Below, piece after piece: positions 35,309-44,034 of a stretch of 64,000 bases of DNA (position 1 is the stretch's first letter; every line of letters begins with the position of its first letter). Position numbers and translations under genes: made by a program. Source of the DNA: an uncultured virus (IMG/VR IMGVR_UViG_3300047160_026157) (taxonomy: Duplodnaviria; Heunggongvirae; Uroviricota; Caudoviricetes); IMG/VR virus record IMGVR_UViG_3300047160_026157. The stretch is one strand, 5' to 3'. The notes beneath the pieces are model-generated. The model did no database searches, had not been told where the DNA came from, and worked only from the letters and a program-made list of their open reading frames with translations.

Positions 35309-36151
35309 ATGACCGCCCGGATCGTTCACGGCACGCCGATCACGCCCAAGCGGCTGCTCGACCAGCTGCGGGGGGAGTCGTTCTGCGTGTCCTTCGCCCG
35401 CCCCGACCAGCTGGAGCTGGTGCTCGGGCGGCAGGACCCCAACGGCATCCTGATGCTCGACAACGGCGCCTTCACCCACTGGAAGGCTGGCAAGGGCCGG
35501 ATCGACCGGGACGCCTTCTTCAGCTGGGCCAACGAGGTCCAGGACGCCTGCGACGTCGCCGTGGCCGTGATCCCCGACGTCATCGGCGGCAGTGAAGAGG
35601 AGAACTGGGTGGAGGCCGCCTGGGCGGTCCGCGGCGGGCTGTCGGACCATACGGACAGGCTGATGTTCGTGTGGCACATGAACGACTCGCTCGAAACCTT
35701 GAAGAAGGCCGCCCGCCTCTTCAACTTCGTCGCCATCGGCTCCTGCGAGGAGTTCGACGTCCAGAAGCACCGGGCCGAGTACCTGGCCCGGCTCAAGGAG
35801 GCGTCGGCGGTCCTCGACTACGTGGAGCGGTTCCACGGCCGCCGCCCCTGGGTCCACCTGATGCGGGGCCTGGCCGTCTATCCGAAGGCCATCCGCTTCG
35901 AGTCGGCGGACTCGGCCAACATCGCCCGGAACCACTGCAAGACGAAGGCCAACGCCGGCCACGTGCGGGCGATGGCCGACCGGATCGCCGCCCCGATCCT
36001 GGCCGCCGCGGCCCGGCCCGAGCGGGGGGCCACCTTCCCGACGACGAACTTCGCCCCGGCCGCCGACGACCGGGCCCTCTCGCGGGCCCGGGTCGCCCCG
36101 GCCGCCCCGGCCGCCGCCCCGGCCGCCCCGACCTTCGCCCTGGCCGCCTGA
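35309..36151 (+). CDS. TGT/DpdA-like (tRNA-guanine transglycosylase fold) protein
   Basis: HGTPITP, LDNGAFTHW, IPDVIGG, VWHM, VHLMRG, SADS. Confidence 0.6.
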   Translation: MTARIVHGTPITPKRLLDQLRGESFCVSFARPDQLELVLGRQDPNGILMLDNGAFTHWKAGKGRIDRDAFFSWANEVQDACDVAVAVIPDVIGGSEEENWVEAAWAVRGGLSDHTDRLMFVWHMNDSLETLKKAARLFNFVAIGSCEEFDVQKHRAEYLARLKEASAVLDYVERFHGRRPWVHLMRGLAVYPKAIRFESADSANIARNHCKTKANAGHVRAMADRIAAPILAAAARPERGATFPTTNFAPAADDRALSRARVAPAAPAAAPAAPTFALAA

Positions 36152-36181
36152 CCCCTGGTCGCCCGCCAGAAGGAGGACCGA

Positions 36182-36400
36182 GTGATGACTGCCGAGAGCC
36201 GCCGTAAGGCTTTCGCCGCCCTGAAGCCGTGGCACCGCTACAAGCTGGCCACGGTCTACGACCGGGAGGACTTTCCGGTCTGGGCACTCTACGAGCTGTG
36301 CCCCGGGTTCGAGTATCCGGAGTGGGACTGGCGCCTCGTGGTCCAGTTCGTCCGCTGGGTGATCCGCCGCGAGGCCGAGCAGAAGGGGGGCGGGTCATGA
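36182..36400 (+). CDS. Hypothetical protein
   Basis: AAGGAGG RBS. Confidence 0.6.
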   Translation: MMTAESRRKAFAALKPWHRYKLATVYDREDFPVWALYELCPGFEYPEWDWRLVVQFVRWVIRREAEQKGGGS

Positions 36401-36441
36401 TCCTGAACGAGTTCTACGGCATCACTGGGGGAGGACGAACG

Positions 36442-36756
36442 ATGAGCTACACGAAGCACACGCCGGGCCCGTGGACCGCCGAGAAGTGCGGGGCGACCTG
36501 CTCGCTGGTGGAGATCCTGGCCGGCTCGCCCCTGGCGCCCACCCGGCAGGTCGTCGGCTGGGCCCAGGGCATGGCGGTCGCCGGGCACGCGGGGGAGAAC
36601 GCCTGGGCGAACGCTCGGCTGATGGCCGCGGCCCCCGACCTGTTCGCCGCGTGCGAGGAGGCCCGCCTGGCGCTCCTGAGCGACGACGCGGGGGTCAAGA
36701 TGGCCGCGATCACCACCCTGGAGGAGGTGATCCGCGAGGCGAAGGGGGGTGCGTGA
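36442..36756 (+). CDS. Phage early protein (KHTPGPW...ANARLMAAAPDL), paralogue of 33251..33544
   Basis: Motif; GGAGG RBS. Confidence 0.75.
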   Translation: MSYTKHTPGPWTAEKCGATCSLVEILAGSPLAPTRQVVGWAQGMAVAGHAGENAWANARLMAAAPDLFAACEEARLALLSDDAGVKMAAITTLEEVIREAKGGA

Positions 36757-36965
36757 TGGCCAGTAAGTTTGGCACGCTGGGCGACCTGGACCTGCTGGTG
36801 CGTGAGGTCCGGCGGGTCGTCGGCAACGCCAGCGCTGTGCTCGGCAACGTGCGGTGCGCCCTGGAGAACGGGGCCATCGCCGCGGGCGGGCTGACCGAGG
36901 CGCGGGCGGCCGAGGTTCTCTTCGGCGTGGAGCAGGACCTGGACGGGTTACTCAATGGAGAGTGA
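36756..36965 (+). CDS. Hypothetical protein
   Basis: TGATG coupling. Confidence 0.55.
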   Translation: MASKFGTLGDLDLLVREVRRVVGNASAVLGNVRCALENGAIAAGGLTEARAAEVLFGVEQDLDGLLNGE

Positions 36966-36976
36966 GGAGAAAGCCA

Positions 36977-37174
36977 ATGTACACAAAGGTAAAGCTGTAT
37001 CTCGGCCGCTGGGGGCTGGTCGTCTTCCCCGTCCTGACGGGGCCCATCTCCACGGCCGAGGAGGGCCGGCTCATGGAGGCGGTTCTGGCCGCCGCCGGGG
37101 CCCTGGGGCACGAAGTGACAGGCATCGAGACGGAGAGTCCGGCGCCGGCCGGCGCCCGGCCGATGGCGGCATGA
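36977..37174 (+). CDS. Hypothetical protein
   Basis: GAGGAG RBS. Confidence 0.55.
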   Translation: MYTKVKLYLGRWGLVVFPVLTGPISTAEEGRLMEAVLAAAGALGHEVTGIETESPAPAGARPMAA

Positions 37175-37191
37175 ATCGCCCCGGATTCCCG

Positions 37192-37222
37192 GCAATAATT
37201 GTCCACCCGGAGCGAATTACCT
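37192..37222 (+). promoter_or_regulatory. Early-type promoter
   Basis: AATAATTGTCCACCCGGAGCGAATTACCT. Confidence 0.6.
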
Positions 37223-37307
37223 TATGGAGTCGTGACGAAGTTGGGCCCGAGAGGTGCCGTAATCACCCCCCGGGCCCGAGCCAACCCCTACTGAGGAGGA
37301 GTTAGCC

Positions 37308-37679
37308 GTGACCATGATTGCCGAGGCCCCGGCCTCCGTCAAGCCCGCCCGGCCCAGGCCGGTGCGCTTCGCCAAGGTGCTGGCCCTGCCCCCCGAGGGC
37401 CTGGCCACGCTCCGGCTGACCGAGACGGCCGGCCGGAAGACGAACACGTTCGTCTACTACTTCCGCGAACTGCCGGCCGACTTCGGCCGCGGCTTCGAGC
37501 TGCGGAAGGCGGACGGCACCGCCGTCTACCACGTCAACGTCAACGGCAGGGCGAGCCGGTGCGAGTGCAAGGGGTTCCTCCGCTGGAACCACTGCAAGCA
37601 CGTGGAGTCGCTCACCGAGCTGATCGCCAACGGGCGGCTCCCCGCCGCCCCGGTCGCCAACGGGAGGATCGCGTCATGA
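37308..37679 (+). CDS. SWIM zinc-finger protein
   Basis: YHV...CECKGF....CKH. Confidence 0.8.
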   Translation: MTMIAEAPASVKPARPRPVRFAKVLALPPEGLATLRLTETAGRKTNTFVYYFRELPADFGRGFELRKADGTAVYHVNVNGRASRCECKGFLRWNHCKHVESLTELIANGRLPAAPVANGRIAS

Positions 37680-37918
37680 CCGAACCCACCATCCGCAAGC
37701 TGGCCTCGGCGGAGTACGACTTCGCGGAGCTGGACGGCGGCCTGGCCGACCTCCGCGACCTGCTCCGCCAGTGTGCCCGGGAGTCGCCGGTCTGCGCCGC
37801 CGCGGCGAGCAAGGTGCTCGCTCTTCGCCTGGCCCTCCGCCAGGTGCTCTTCACCCTGGACAAGGACATCACCCTGGCGGTCCGGGCCGTCGAGGGCCTG
37901 GACCCGCCGCCCTTCTGA
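37676..37918 (+). CDS. Hypothetical protein
   Basis: GGAGG RBS; ATGA coupling. Confidence 0.6.
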   Translation: MTEPTIRKLASAEYDFAELDGGLADLRDLLRQCARESPVCAAAASKVLALRLALRQVLFTLDKDITLAVRAVEGLDPPPF

Positions 37919-37924
37919 GGGCCC

Positions 37925-38052
37925 GCGACTTGCTTTTCCGAGTAGTCAACCCGCCCGGGGCCGCCCCCGGGCGACTTGCTTTTCCGAGTAGTCAACTTCC
38001 CTGGCTGACCGCGGCCCTCCCCCAGCGCGACTTGCTTTTCCGAGTAGTCAAC
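37925..38052. repeat. Three identical 26-bp repeats GCGACTTGCTTTTCCGAGTAGTCAAC with 20 and 30 bp unique spacers
   Basis: Copies at 37925, 37971 and 38027. Confidence 0.95.
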
Positions 38053-38096
38053 CCGTCGTTTTGACCGGCCCGCCCCCGGCCTGCTACCCCCCAGGC

Positions 38097-38342
38097 ATGT
38101 TCGACCAGGCCCCCCCTCCCACCGGCTGGGTGTCGGTGGTCAGCAGCAACGTGGACGCCATCCGCTGGGTGCCAGACCCGCGGTTCCCGGCCCTGCACGT
38201 CAAGTTCAAGAACGGCAAAATCTACCGCTACGCCCCGGCCGGCCCGGACGTGTTCTGGGACATGCTCGGCTCTTCGTCGAAGGGCCGGTTCGTCCACTGG
38301 ATCCTGAAGCCGCGCTACCGCGTTTCCCGCGTGGACTCGTGA
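38097..38342 (+). CDS. KTSC-domain protein
   Basis: VVSSNVDAIRW...LHVKFKNGKIYRY...SSKGRFV. Confidence 0.85.
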   Translation: MFDQAPPPTGWVSVVSSNVDAIRWVPDPRFPALHVKFKNGKIYRYAPAGPDVFWDMLGSSSKGRFVHWILKPRYRVSRVDS

Positions 38343-38387
38343 ATGCCGATTTGCAGGCCCCGGAGCCTTCATGCAATTTTCGTGGGC

Positions 38388-39713
38388 ATGAACGTGCCTC
38401 CGGAATTTGCCCGAGAGCTGCGGGACAAGAAGCTCTACGTGTGCAGGCCGGGCCGTGCGGTCTTCGACGAGCACTCGGAGCCGTACTGGGCCAAGGGCGG
38501 CCGGACCGTCCCCAAGGGCACGCCCGGGGCCCACCGGGCCCTGCGCCGCTTCGGCAAGGTGGAGCTGGAGGAGATCGCGCAAAGGACCAACGCGCGGGCC
38601 CGTCGGGGCGACCCTTCGGCCATCACGATTGGGCACACCGACCCGGAGGAGCCCGACGAGGCCAAGCAGCCGCCCATCGTCGGCTACGCCGTGGACTACC
38701 GCGTTGATTACGACCGGGAGCGGCAGAAGTGGATGCTCTACGCCGACTACTACATCCGCCGCGACCACTACGCCCACGCGACCACCTTCCCGCGCACCTC
38801 GATTGAGCTGTGGCCGGCAGACAAGGTGATTGACCCCGTGGCGGTCCTCCGCCGCACCCCCTCCCGCGACCTGGGCCAGTGGATCTTCCGCAGGGGCGGC
38901 CGCTGCGTCCTGCGCTACGCAATGGAGACATCTCCGATGACCGACGAACCCCTGGATGAAGCCCCCGAGGAGGCCCTGCCGCCCGCCGGCGGGGGTGGAA
39001 CGATGCCCCAGCACGAGGTCGAGCAGTTCGAGAGGCACATGACCTCGCACCCGCTCTACGCCAAGTACCACCATCACATGAGCCAGAAGTACGCCCGGGA
39101 GGAGGAGCCCGGGGAGGAGGACGTCCCCGCCGAGGAGCCGCCCCTGCCGCCGCCGGGCCCGGGCGGGGCCGAGCCGACCGACTTCCCCACCGCCGACGAG
39201 GAGGGGGCCCCGGGCCAGTACGGCGCCTACCCCAGCTCCACCAACAGCCTCTTCCCCGCCCGGCAGCAGCACGCCCGGGGCGGCCGCCGCCGGCAGCAGC
39301 CCGCGAGCAGCCAGGACAGGATTCGGGTGCTGGAGACCAAGCTGGCCGAGACGGAGGCCCGGGCGATTGTTGATCGCCTGGACAGCCAGGGCTACTTCCG
39401 CTCCGACGAGGAGATGGAGCGCGAGGTGCTGCGCTTCGCCCGGCTCTCCGAGGCCGGCCGGCGGGACCGCGAGCAGGAGATCCGCGACCACTGGCATCCG
39501 GCCCCGACGGGCGGGACGCCCCTGCCGCCGCCGGAGAGGGCCTCGGGCGGCATGATCGACCCGAACAACCTGGAGGGGTGCCTGTCGCCCGCCGACCAGG
39601 AGAAGGTCTACCAGTATTCCCGGCGCACCGGCGAGTACGACGTGTTGAAGGCCGCCCGGGCCGTGTTCCCGCAGCGCTTCGCCCGTAACGGGAACGGCCC
39701 GAACGGCAGGTAA
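38388..39713 (+). CDS. Prohead protease/scaffold (Mu gpI-like position)
   Basis: ITIGHT, PPIVGYA, FPRTSIEL, VAVL..TP, then acidic and coiled-coil C-terminus; lies upstream of head genes. Confidence 0.7.
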   Translation: MNVPPEFARELRDKKLYVCRPGRAVFDEHSEPYWAKGGRTVPKGTPGAHRALRRFGKVELEEIAQRTNARARRGDPSAITIGHTDPEEPDEAKQPPIVGYAVDYRVDYDRERQKWMLYADYYIRRDHYAHATTFPRTSIELWPADKVIDPVAVLRRTPSRDLGQWIFRRGGRCVLRYAMETSPMTDEPLDEAPEEALPPAGGGGTMPQHEVEQFERHMTSHPLYAKYHHHMSQKYAREEEPGEEDVPAEEPPLPPPGPGGAEPTDFPTADEEGAPGQYGAYPSSTNSLFPARQQHARGGRRRQQPASSQDRIRVLETKLAETEARAIVDRLDSQGYFRSDEEMEREVLRFARLSEAGRRDREQEIRDHWHPAPTGGTPLPPPERASGGMIDPNNLEGCLSPADQEKVYQYSRRTGEYDVLKAARAVFPQRFARNGNGPNGR

Positions 39714-39735
39714 CTGACCTGGAGGCACCTCCCTA

Positions 39736-40461
39736 ATGCCGACGCCAATTTCTCAGAGCTATGGCGGCTTCAGCTACGGCAAGGCGACCGCCGCGGCCGG
39801 CACCGTGATCAACCGCCCGATCCCGCCCTTCGCCAACCAGGCGGGCGCGCCCGGCATGGGTGTTTTGCCGGCAGGGACGAGACCGCGCGGCATCACCCAC
39901 ATCACGACGCTGATCTATAACCTGGCAGCGGCAGGAAGCCACGTGCTCACCGTGATGCGTCCGTTGAACTGGACCACCTTCACGGCCGCGGCCGCCGCCG
40001 GCCAGCCGGTCGTTACCCTCGCCGCCGACCCGGGAGTTTACACCGCCGGCGGCTACCGTTACGGCCTTCCGAACGCCCAGACGGCCCCCCGGGTGGCCAA
40101 TAACCCCATCACGGCCAACGATTTCGTTATGTACCAGCTGGCCGACGGTACGTGGGTGGCCGACAAGGTGGTTTCGGTCGCGGGGCTGAACATCACTTTG
40201 ACCAACAACCTGTTGACGGGCGGCGTTGTGGCCAACGCCCCGTTTTACCATTTCGGGATCACGACCGATCTGGACCCCGCGACCGGCGAGGCCCACGTGG
40301 CGGCGGACATCGTCGGGGCGGCGGCGGGCAACCTGAGCTTCTACGACCCCACGAACCTCTGGTGCGCCCTGCACCAGGGCGACCCGCTCCTGCTCCAGTC
40401 GAACAACGCGGCGGTCGTCGGCACGTTCGAGGTCACGAGCGGCTTCTATTCGGAGCACTGA
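39736..40461 (+). CDS. Virion structural (head-associated) protein
   Basis: Beta-rich A/T/G composition; position in head module. Confidence 0.6.
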   Translation: MPTPISQSYGGFSYGKATAAAGTVINRPIPPFANQAGAPGMGVLPAGTRPRGITHITTLIYNLAAAGSHVLTVMRPLNWTTFTAAAAAGQPVVTLAADPGVYTAGGYRYGLPNAQTAPRVANNPITANDFVMYQLADGTWVADKVVSVAGLNITLTNNLLTGGVVANAPFYHFGITTDLDPATGEAHVAADIVGAAAGNLSFYDPTNLWCALHQGDPLLLQSNNAAVVGTFEVTSGFYSEH

Positions 40462-40484
40462 CCCGCAAGGGAGGGAGGAGGACC

Positions 40485-40886
40485 ATGTCGCGCAGCTTCA
40501 TGCCCAACGGCAACATCAGCCCCAGCCGCTTCGTGATGTACGACAACACGAAGACGGGGGGCTACGTGATCCAGGCCACGGCGAACGCTCCCATCGCCGG
40601 CATCAGCCAGCCGGGTGTCCGCCAGCCGCCGATGGCCGGCCTGGACGACGGCTTCGCCGGCGTGCAGGACTCCAAGGAGATCACGGTCTTCACCGAGACG
40701 GACACCTGCTGGGTGGAGGTGGCGGGCGCCGTCAACTTCGGCGACTACCTGATGTCCGACGGGAACGGCCGGGCCAGCACCGCCGCCGCGACCGGCAACG
40801 AGTACGGGGCCCAGGCTTTGCAGTCGGCGACGGCGCTGGGCCAGCTGATCAAGGCCAAGGTCCTGATCGGCCGCCGGAGCGCCTAG
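40485..40886 (+). CDS. Capsid cement/decoration protein (DUF2190-like)
   Basis: VEVAGAVNFGDYLMSDGNGRA...ALQSATALGQLI. Confidence 0.75.
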   Translation: MSRSFMPNGNISPSRFVMYDNTKTGGYVIQATANAPIAGISQPGVRQPPMAGLDDGFAGVQDSKEITVFTETDTCWVEVAGAVNFGDYLMSDGNGRASTAAATGNEYGAQALQSATALGQLIKAKVLIGRRSA

Positions 40887-40899
40887 TGACTTTGGGACG

Positions 40900-41014
40900 G
40901 GTCGCGCGTCTCGCGCGGCCGAACACCACCGGGCCATAAGGGGGGGTCATGTCCCCCGAGGTGGCCTCACCCACCGCAGGCTCCGTGAGGGGACGCCGTG
41001 CGAGACGAGCGACC
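40900..41014 (+). ncRNA. Structured cis-RNA candidate in the capsid gene leader
   Basis: About 19-bp closing stem enclosing two hairpins. Confidence 0.5.
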
Positions 41015-41031
41015 TTCCCGGGGCAAGCCAT

Positions 41032-42105
41032 ATGGCGAACACGTTCAGGTATCTGTCGAGCACTGACGGCTACATGCCGTTGGCCACGAATTACGTGGTG
41101 TCGTATATCCGGAGAAAAGAGGAATTCCCCGTCAACCGCTACTGCCAATTGGTGCAGTTGCCGGCACCCGCGGCGTGGTACTGGAAGCTGGATCGCGACC
41201 AGTCGGTGCGCGTCCGTAACGTCAACGATCACCTCTGGGCCGACGGCGCCGACCGGCCCCGTAACGACGACAACCACCAGGGCTTCACGACGGTCGAAAT
41301 CTTCACCAAGCGTTACGACTTCACGAGCCGCCTGGGCAACCAGGCTTTGGCCCAGGCCAACAAGCAGTGGGAGGCCAAAACTGCCTACTTGCAGATGTTG
41401 GCTTCGCAGGCGATGGTGGCGCGCACGCTCACTGTCATCACGCTCCTGACCGCCCCCGCCAGCTGGCCGACGACGAACACGGGCGACGTCAACACGATCA
41501 ACGGCGGCAAGGGCAAGTGGTCCACCGCTTCGGACGACCCGGCCAACGTCAACTACAACGCCATCCGCGAGTCGCTGGCGGCGGCCGTCAACATCTGCTT
41601 CCTGAACACCAACGGCCGGGTGAAGTACAAGGACCTGTGCCTGGTCCTCTCCCCCAACTGCGCGAGGAAGGTGGCGGCGTCGGCCGAGATCCACAACTAC
41701 GTCAGGCAGACGAACTACGCCCGGGAGAAGCTGGAAGACGACGAGGAGAACCTGAACGACCGCTTCGGCCTGCCCAGTCACCTCTACGGCATCCGGATCG
41801 TGGTCGAGGACACGCCCTACCTGGCCGACCTGCCCATCGCCGGGAGCACCGACGCCACCCCCTCGCCCAGCCGGGCCTTCGCCATGCCGGACGCCTCGCC
41901 GGTCCTGATCTCCCGCGTCGGCGGCATCGACGCCCAGGTGGGCCCGAGCTTCTCGACCTTGCAGCTGGGCTGGTTCGAGGACCAGATGAAGGTCTTCGAG
42001 TTCGACGACCCCCGGAACAAGCTGACGGAGTTCCACATCTCCGACCAGTACGTGCCGTACCTGCCGGCCCCGGAGTCGGGCTTCCTGTTCACGAACGCCA
42101 TCTGA
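41032..42105 (+). CDS. Major capsid protein
   Basis: 357 aa after the cement gene; C-terminal APESGFLFTNAI typical of this capsid class. Confidence 0.8.
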   Translation: MANTFRYLSSTDGYMPLATNYVVSYIRRKEEFPVNRYCQLVQLPAPAAWYWKLDRDQSVRVRNVNDHLWADGADRPRNDDNHQGFTTVEIFTKRYDFTSRLGNQALAQANKQWEAKTAYLQMLASQAMVARTLTVITLLTAPASWPTTNTGDVNTINGGKGKWSTASDDPANVNYNAIRESLAAAVNICFLNTNGRVKYKDLCLVLSPNCARKVAASAEIHNYVRQTNYAREKLEDDEENLNDRFGLPSHLYGIRIVVEDTPYLADLPIAGSTDATPSPSRAFAMPDASPVLISRVGGIDAQVGPSFSTLQLGWFEDQMKVFEFDDPRNKLTEFHISDQYVPYLPAPESGFLFTNAI

Positions 42106-42127
42106 GGGTCCATCCCCGGAGGACCCC

Positions 42128-42676
42128 GTGGCACAACCCGCCTCCAGCCCGAACGCTTACGCCACGTCCGACGACCTGGCGACGAGGTACGACGTCAACG
42201 TGATCGGCGACCTGGCCGGGGACTCGAAGACCCGCGTGTTCCCCTTCCAGCTGGCCACGAACGACCGCGTTACCAAGGCCCTCCTGGACGCCTCCGGCCA
42301 GGTCGAGGCCGCCTGCACCGCCGGGCAGATGTACCGGATCTCCGCGACCGACCCGACCGACAACGACCTGCTGAAGCTGACGGGCGCCAGCCTGTCGTTC
42401 CTCCAGCGCATCGTCTGCGACCTGGCGATGGGCTGGCTGTTCATGTCCAAGAGCGACCGCGACGGCAAGCCGCCCGAGAGCTTCAAGATGGCCCTGGAGA
42501 TCCTGGAGCAGCTGCGCTCGGGCAAGCTGGTCTTCGGCCTCCTGGAGCAGCAGGCGGCCGGCAACCTCCAGCACGAGGTCGAGGACGCCGGCGTGGTCGA
42601 GCGGCGCTTCGGCGTGGTCGTCCAGGCGGAGCGCTTCTTCGGCCGGCGGTCGAACCGCTGGATGGGTCCGCTTTGA
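42128..42676 (+). CDS. Head-tail adaptor (Mu gp36/DUF1320-like)
   Basis: YAT.DDL..RY, ALLDASGQV, LQRIVCDLA, ALEILEQLRSGKL. Confidence 0.8.
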   Translation: MAQPASSPNAYATSDDLATRYDVNVIGDLAGDSKTRVFPFQLATNDRVTKALLDASGQVEAACTAGQMYRISATDPTDNDLLKLTGASLSFLQRIVCDLAMGWLFMSKSDRDGKPPESFKMALEILEQLRSGKLVFGLLEQQAAGNLQHEVEDAGVVERRFGVVVQAERFFGRRSNRWMGPL

Positions 42677-42721
42677 GTCGCCCCGGCCCCCGCGGGCAAC
42701 ATGGGGCCGGGAGGATAGCTC

Positions 42722-43327
42722 GTGGCTCAACCCTATATCTCCGGGCCGGTGTCCTTGTGGATTCGCCACTCCGCTCTGGGCACCGGCACGCCCGTGTTTT
42801 TGGGCCACGGCGAGCGGGCCCCACAGATCCAGCATTCGGTGAGGCTGGAAGACTTCGTCTGCGACATCTCGGGAAGCATGCCCCTGGACGCCTGCTACGC
42901 CGGCATGATGGCGCATATCAGCGTGACGCTCGTGCGCTACAACATGATCGTCTTGCAGCTCATCGAGGCCCGGGCCCGCTCCTCGACCTTCCCGGTCTCC
43001 CTGCCCGGGATCGACTTGCCGGGCCAGATCGGCACGCTGGTCGTGATCGAGCAGGCCACCTACGAGCTGTGGCTCCGCCACGACGGGGCCGCCAAGCCCT
43101 TCATGCAGAACCCCGCCAACGGCGTCATGCCTCTGGGCTACCACTACTTCGCGGCCACGCTGGACACCGAGTCGCTCCAGGGGGGCTCTGTCACGCCCTT
43201 CAAGGCGACCCTGCCCTGGAAGTGTTACCGGGTGCCGGACTTCAAGGTCACGAACCTCTACGGCACGGGGGCCTGGCAGCTCTTCGACTACGACATGTCC
43301 GCCGTCGCCGGCCTGCCGATCAACTAG
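42722..43327 (+). CDS. Putative tail tube protein
   Basis: Size and position before the frameshifted chaperone. Confidence 0.55.
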   Translation: MAQPYISGPVSLWIRHSALGTGTPVFLGHGERAPQIQHSVRLEDFVCDISGSMPLDACYAGMMAHISVTLVRYNMIVLQLIEARARSSTFPVSLPGIDLPGQIGTLVVIEQATYELWLRHDGAAKPFMQNPANGVMPLGYHYFAATLDTESLQGGSVTPFKATLPWKCYRVPDFKVTNLYGTGAWQLFDYDMSAVAGLPIN

Positions 43328-43345
43328 CCCAGACAGGAGGGAACA

Positions 43346-43774
43346 ATGCACTTCTCCGAGCAGGAGCGGGCCATTTACGCCTACTCCGACGGCGCCAACG
43401 AGGTCAGGGGCGACCCCCTGGCGATCCATCGCCGGCTGGTCCAGGCCGCCGGCGGCGACCTGGAGGCCCTGGTGGCCCGGGCCCAGCCGGCCTGGCTGCC
43501 GACCGGGCCCCAGGGCAAACTGGAGCCGCCGCGGGAGGACCCGCAGCAGCTCGTGGAGCGGCTGGCCGCGGAGGACACGCTGCTTTTGTGTGTGCGCATC
43601 GCCTTCGCCCTTCCTGAGACGCTTCCTGACGCCTGCGTCTGGCACGTCTGGAACGACTGGGGGCACTGGCGCGCGGGGGAACGGAGGCCGGCCGGGACGA
43701 CGCCGACTTCGCGGCAGAGTTCGGTCTCCCGGCCGGCGGCCTCGACTACCGTACCCGAGTGCGGTTGCAGCTGA
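43346..43774 (+). CDS. Tail assembly chaperone G
   Basis: AGGAGG RBS; slippery GGGGGAA at 43675-43681. Confidence 0.65.
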   Translation: MHFSEQERAIYAYSDGANEVRGDPLAIHRRLVQAAGGDLEALVARAQPAWLPTGPQGKLEPPREDPQQLVERLAAEDTLLLCVRIAFALPETLPDACVWHVWNDWGHWRAGERRPAGTTPTSRQSSVSRPAASTTVPECGCS

Positions 43775-43968
43775 ACCTGCCGCGTATCCGTCGCCAGCGG
43801 GCGATGGTCCTGGCCTGGGCCCAGCAATTGGCCTCAGGTGACGACCACCTGGACGACAGCTGGGGCGACGCCCTGGCCTGCTGCCCGGAGGAGGGCAGTC
43901 AGGTTTCCGACGAGATGAACACCGCCCGGGCCATGTCGCGGACCCGGCGGCGAGCGGGGATGGGGTAA
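43675..43968 (+). CDS. Tail assembly chaperone GT extension (-1 frame)
   Basis: Protein-like -1 frame EAGRDDADFAAEFGLP...LQLNLPRI with no RBS of its own. Confidence 0.6.
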   Translation, partial: GGTEAGRDDADFAAEFGLPAGGLDYRTRVRLQLNLPRIRRQRAMVLAWAQQLASGDDHLDDSWGDALACCPEEGSQVSDEMNTARAMSRTRRRAGMG

Positions 43969-43979
43969 ATAAGCGCAGG

Positions 43980-44030
43980 CCGCCGAGTGATGCGAGTCTT
44001 CGAGCATCCGTAGGCGGGTGGAGCGGGGAC
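43980..44030 (+). promoter_or_regulatory. Conserved RNA hairpin leader, copy 1
   Basis: Repeat of 45912-45963 with a compensatory base pair. Confidence 0.65.
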
Positions 44031-44034
44031 AACA

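Noticed and set aside
37925..38052. CRISPR mini-array
   Set aside because: Spacers are unequal and short (20 and 30 bp), there is no AT-rich leader or cas gene, and the same sequence occurs singly elsewhere, including in coding regions; an operator/iteron role fits better, though a mini-array is not fully excluded
3175..42676. Transposable Mu-like phage
   Set aside because: Head genes are Mu-like, but no transposase, MuB or Mor/C gene is visible in the window
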